Shown piece after piece: positions 61,298-64,000 of a stretch of 64,000 bases of DNA. Every line of letters begins with the position of its first letter. The first letter of the stretch is position 1. The stretch is from an uncultured Chthonomonadaceae bacterium (GTDB lineage: Bacteria; Armatimonadota; Chthonomonadetes; Chthonomonadales; Chthonomonadaceae). The translations under genes were made by a program, and so were the position numbers. Location of the stretch: contig CAWIEK010000065.1 of the NCBI GenBank assembly GCA_963835065.1, positions 29,898-93,897 of the forward strand, given 5' to 3'. The notes under the pieces were generated by a model, which saw only the letters and a list, made by a program, of their open reading frames with translations, did no database searches and was not told where the DNA came from.

Positions 61298-61432
61298 CTA
61301 ATGTAGGGGCGCAATAAATTGCGCCCGTGCCATGCTATGCGATTAACCCGTCACTAAAGAAGCAGACACAAGAGTCTACAAGCAGGCGCAACAGCCGACA
61401 AGCGGGCGCAATAAATTGCGCCCCTACATTAG
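61298..61432. repeat. REPIN: two inverted GTAG-family REP hairpins
   Basis: gtaggggcgcaataaattgcgccc and gggcgcaataaattgcgcccctac, about 75 bp apart. Confidence 0.85.
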
Positions 61433-61442
61433 CGGTTGTTTG

Positions 61443-62926
61443 TTATGCCAAGATATTCTGCACCACCTTGCCGTATACGTCCGTCAGGCGATAATTACGG
61501 CCTCCGTAGAAATACGTCAATTTTTCATGGTTGATACCCATGAGATGCAAAATTGTGGCGTGAAGGTCATGGACGTGAACAATGTCCTGCTCGGCATGCC
61601 AGCCGAACTCGTCCGTCGCGCCATGCACGATGCCGCCCTTGACGCCACCGCCCGCCAGCCACATGCTAAAGCCGAACGGATGGTGTTCACGCCCGTCCGC
61701 GTTTTCGGCGGTCGGCGTGCGCCCGAACTCGCCGCCCCACACGACAAGCGTATCTTCCAATAGCCCCCGCGCCTTCAGGTCAGCCAATAAGCCGGCAATG
61801 GGCTTGTCGGTAGAAACGCAGTTGGCGGGCAGTTCCGTTTTCAGGCCGCCGTGCTGATCCCACAACTGACAACTGGAGCGCTTGCTTGTTTCCGTATGGT
61901 AGACCTGTACGCACCGGACGCCCCGCTCCACAAGTCGCCGCGCCATCAGGCACTGCGTACCGAATATCTCGGTATGTTTCTCATCCATGCCGTACAATTT
62001 TTTCGTTTCCGCGCTTTCACTCCCGATGTCGAAGGCTTCGGGAGCCTGCATCTGCATCCGGTACGCGAGTTCGTAACTGGCGATACGGGCGGATAACTGC
62101 GTATCTTCGGGACGCTGCCGACTGTGCAGTTCGTTAAGCTGGCGCAGGGTGTCGAGTTGGTCGCGCTGCTGCGCGTCGGACAGGCCGGGATGCGTCAGAT
62201 TGGCGATAGGGTTTTTCAGGTCGGAAACCAGCGTACCCTGATAGGTCGCGGGCAGGAAACTGCTGCTCCACAGCGGCGCTCCCTGCGCGGGTTGCGCGGG
62301 GCTGATCACCAGAAAACCGGGCAGGTTCTGGTTTTCGCTGCCCAATCCATACGTCAGCCACGAACCCAAACTGGGACGGGAAAACGCCTGCTCGCCCGTG
62401 TTCATTTGCAGACACGCGCCGTTGTGGTTGATGTTGTCGGCCACCATAGACCGAATCACGCACAAATCGTCCACATGCCGCGCCACATTGGGAAACAAAT
62501 CGGATACTTCAATCCCCGACTGCCCGTACTTCTTAAACCCGAACGGCGAGGCGAGCAGGTTGCCGGTTTTGGTGCGCTCCAACTGGGTTTGGCGAAAGGC
62601 AGGGGCTTGCCGTTGTCGGTCATCAGGCGCGGCTTGGGGTCGAACGTATCCACATGCGACGGCCCGCCCGCCATAAACAGGAAAATCACCCGCTTGCATC
62701 GCGCCGGGAACATCGGCGATTTAACCGTAAGAGGTGTTGGGTGTTGGGTGTTGGGTGTTGGGTTGCTTACCCCTTTTCCCTTATCCCTTATCCCTTCGCC
62801 CTCTGCTTGTTCGGCGAACAGGCTTGCCAGTCCGAGCATACCGAAGCCGCTGCCGCACGCGCGCAGCATGTCGCGTCGGGAAAGAAAGGTGGGCTGCTGA
62901 TTGTGCCGGGGGTCGGTTTGTTTCAT
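61443..62926 (-). CDS. DUF1501 family Tat-exported protein; apparent frameshift ~62590
   Basis: SRRDML Tat motif, KRVIFLFMAGGPSHVDTFDPKP, PSLGSW.TYGLG, ARRLVERGVR, WGGEFGRTP, HDLHATIL. Confidence 0.9.
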
Positions 62927-63181
62927 GTGGAGGCTGCCTTGTTGTACTTGTTATTATCGGGTTGAAAAGCTGCGTAGCGTGAGAACACGTTGAAAAATTA
63001 GGGCTTGAAGTTGCCGGACAAAACGGCCTTGCTTTGCCACGTATGTGTGATTATACAACGTGGAGCGCAAAATGTGTCAGGCGTATTTCCAATTGCTTAT
63101 CCTGATTTGTGGAAATCAACAGCGTAATTATCCTGCCGCCTCTTTTTTGAACCTATCAAGGCGTTGCACGCTCGCTTTAGT

Positions 63182-63207
63182 GGAACCTTTGGTGTGCAAC
63201 TTCCGTC
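63182..63207 (+). promoter_or_regulatory. ECF-sigma-like promoter candidate GGAAC-N17-CGTC
   Basis: Upstream of the small glycine-zipper gene; motif match only. Confidence 0.35.
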
Positions 63208-63446
63208 GTATGCGCGGTTAGTCAAGACGCTGACCACAAACCATTGTACTACCCGACGCCGGGAAAGTTATTTGACAGCGATTCAGGGCAGAGTGACCTT
63301 CCCGCGTTGTGACCATCACGCGCCTACAATGCCCGAATATCTACGATGACAGAATTTGAATACCGCCGTATTCCTTGCCAGCGTCGGTTCGCGTGATCCT
63401 TTTTGTATGTTAACCAAGAACCCTGCATAGCAGGGAGGAGACAACC

Positions 63447-63908
63447 ATGAGCGACAATACGATTCAACGCACTGACGAAGCAATCAACGAAGTTCACAAC
63501 GAAACCCATCACGACGCCAAAGTGGGCGGCGAAATCGGCGGCGTGGGCGGCGCGGTGGCGGGGATGGCAGCCGGCGCGGTGGCAGGGCCGGTGGGCGCGG
63601 TCATCGGCGCAGTGATCGGCGGCGTGGCCGGCGCGGTCGGCAGCGCGGCAGCCGTAGACGCGGTTGACAAGATTGATGACGATACGACGGTGACAGGTTT
63701 GGGACACCACACGGCAACGAGAGTGGGCGCTGCGGCTGACACCGCCGCCACGCATGTGACGCATCCCGAAGGTTACGTTCCCGGCGTACAAACGGGCGGC
63801 CATGCCATTGATGGCTCCGGTGCTCCCGACACGCGCGGCATCATGGAAAAAGCCGCCGACGCCGTGACGGGCGACCGCATTGATGATAAGACCGGGCGAC
63901 CGGTTTAG
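63447..63908 (+). CDS. Small glycine-zipper protein (stress-protein-like)
   Basis: GGAVAGMAAGAVAGPVGAVIGAVIGGVAG; GGAGG RBS. Confidence 0.8.
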   Translation: MSDNTIQRTDEAINEVHNETHHDAKVGGEIGGVGGAVAGMAAGAVAGPVGAVIGAVIGGVAGAVGSAAAVDAVDKIDDDTTVTGLGHHTATRVGAAADTAATHVTHPEGYVPGVQTGGHAIDGSGAPDTRGIMEKAADAVTGDRIDDKTGRPV

Positions 63909-63979
63909 GCATTAGGCATTAGGCATTAGTGACTTAGCCAGAGGCTATGTTACTCCTCACTAATGTCTAATGCCTAATA
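63905..63979. repeat. Inverted pair of (TTAGGCA)n arrays
   Basis: ttaggcattaggcattaggcattag ... ctaatgtctaatgcctaat; overlaps the stop codon. Confidence 0.85.
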
Positions 63980-64000
63980 AGACAAGTATCATCAGATACA

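Noticed and set aside
10814..63979. CRISPR array suggested by the many repeats
   Set aside because: Units are 7-9 bp in direct tandem with no regular unique spacers; no cas genes.

Overview
High-GC bacterial chromosomal window, most consistent with Armatimonadota. This is an inference from the Clp N-domain sequences, the PEP-CTERM tail, DUF4058/DUF1501/PPC proteins and the Rhs fragment style. It holds housekeeping and metabolic genes (queG, chdC/hemQ-like, uppS, frr, iscA-like, leuC, xylA, nth, ino1, a sugar ABC transporter), several IS/TA/Rhs remnants and a three-gene orphan island. I found no rRNA, tRNA or CRISPR array. The most striking non-gene signal is a large family of short tandem 7/8/9-bp arrays. 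These occur as inverted pairs, nest inside each other, supply stop codons, insert in-frame into at least four proteins, bracket a whole gene (GH18-like) and delimit a tandem duplication of AAA-less ClpC N-domain genes. Other highlights: six SigH-like promoters with an exact 18-nt spacer, a circularly permuted clan GH-A hydrolase in an ino1 operon, and a toxin-deleted MazF module. More than a dozen single-base frameshifts, several in homopolymers, suggest long-read consensus errors, so split genes should not be read as pseudogenes without re-checking. Family assignments come from motif recognition only; no searches were run.
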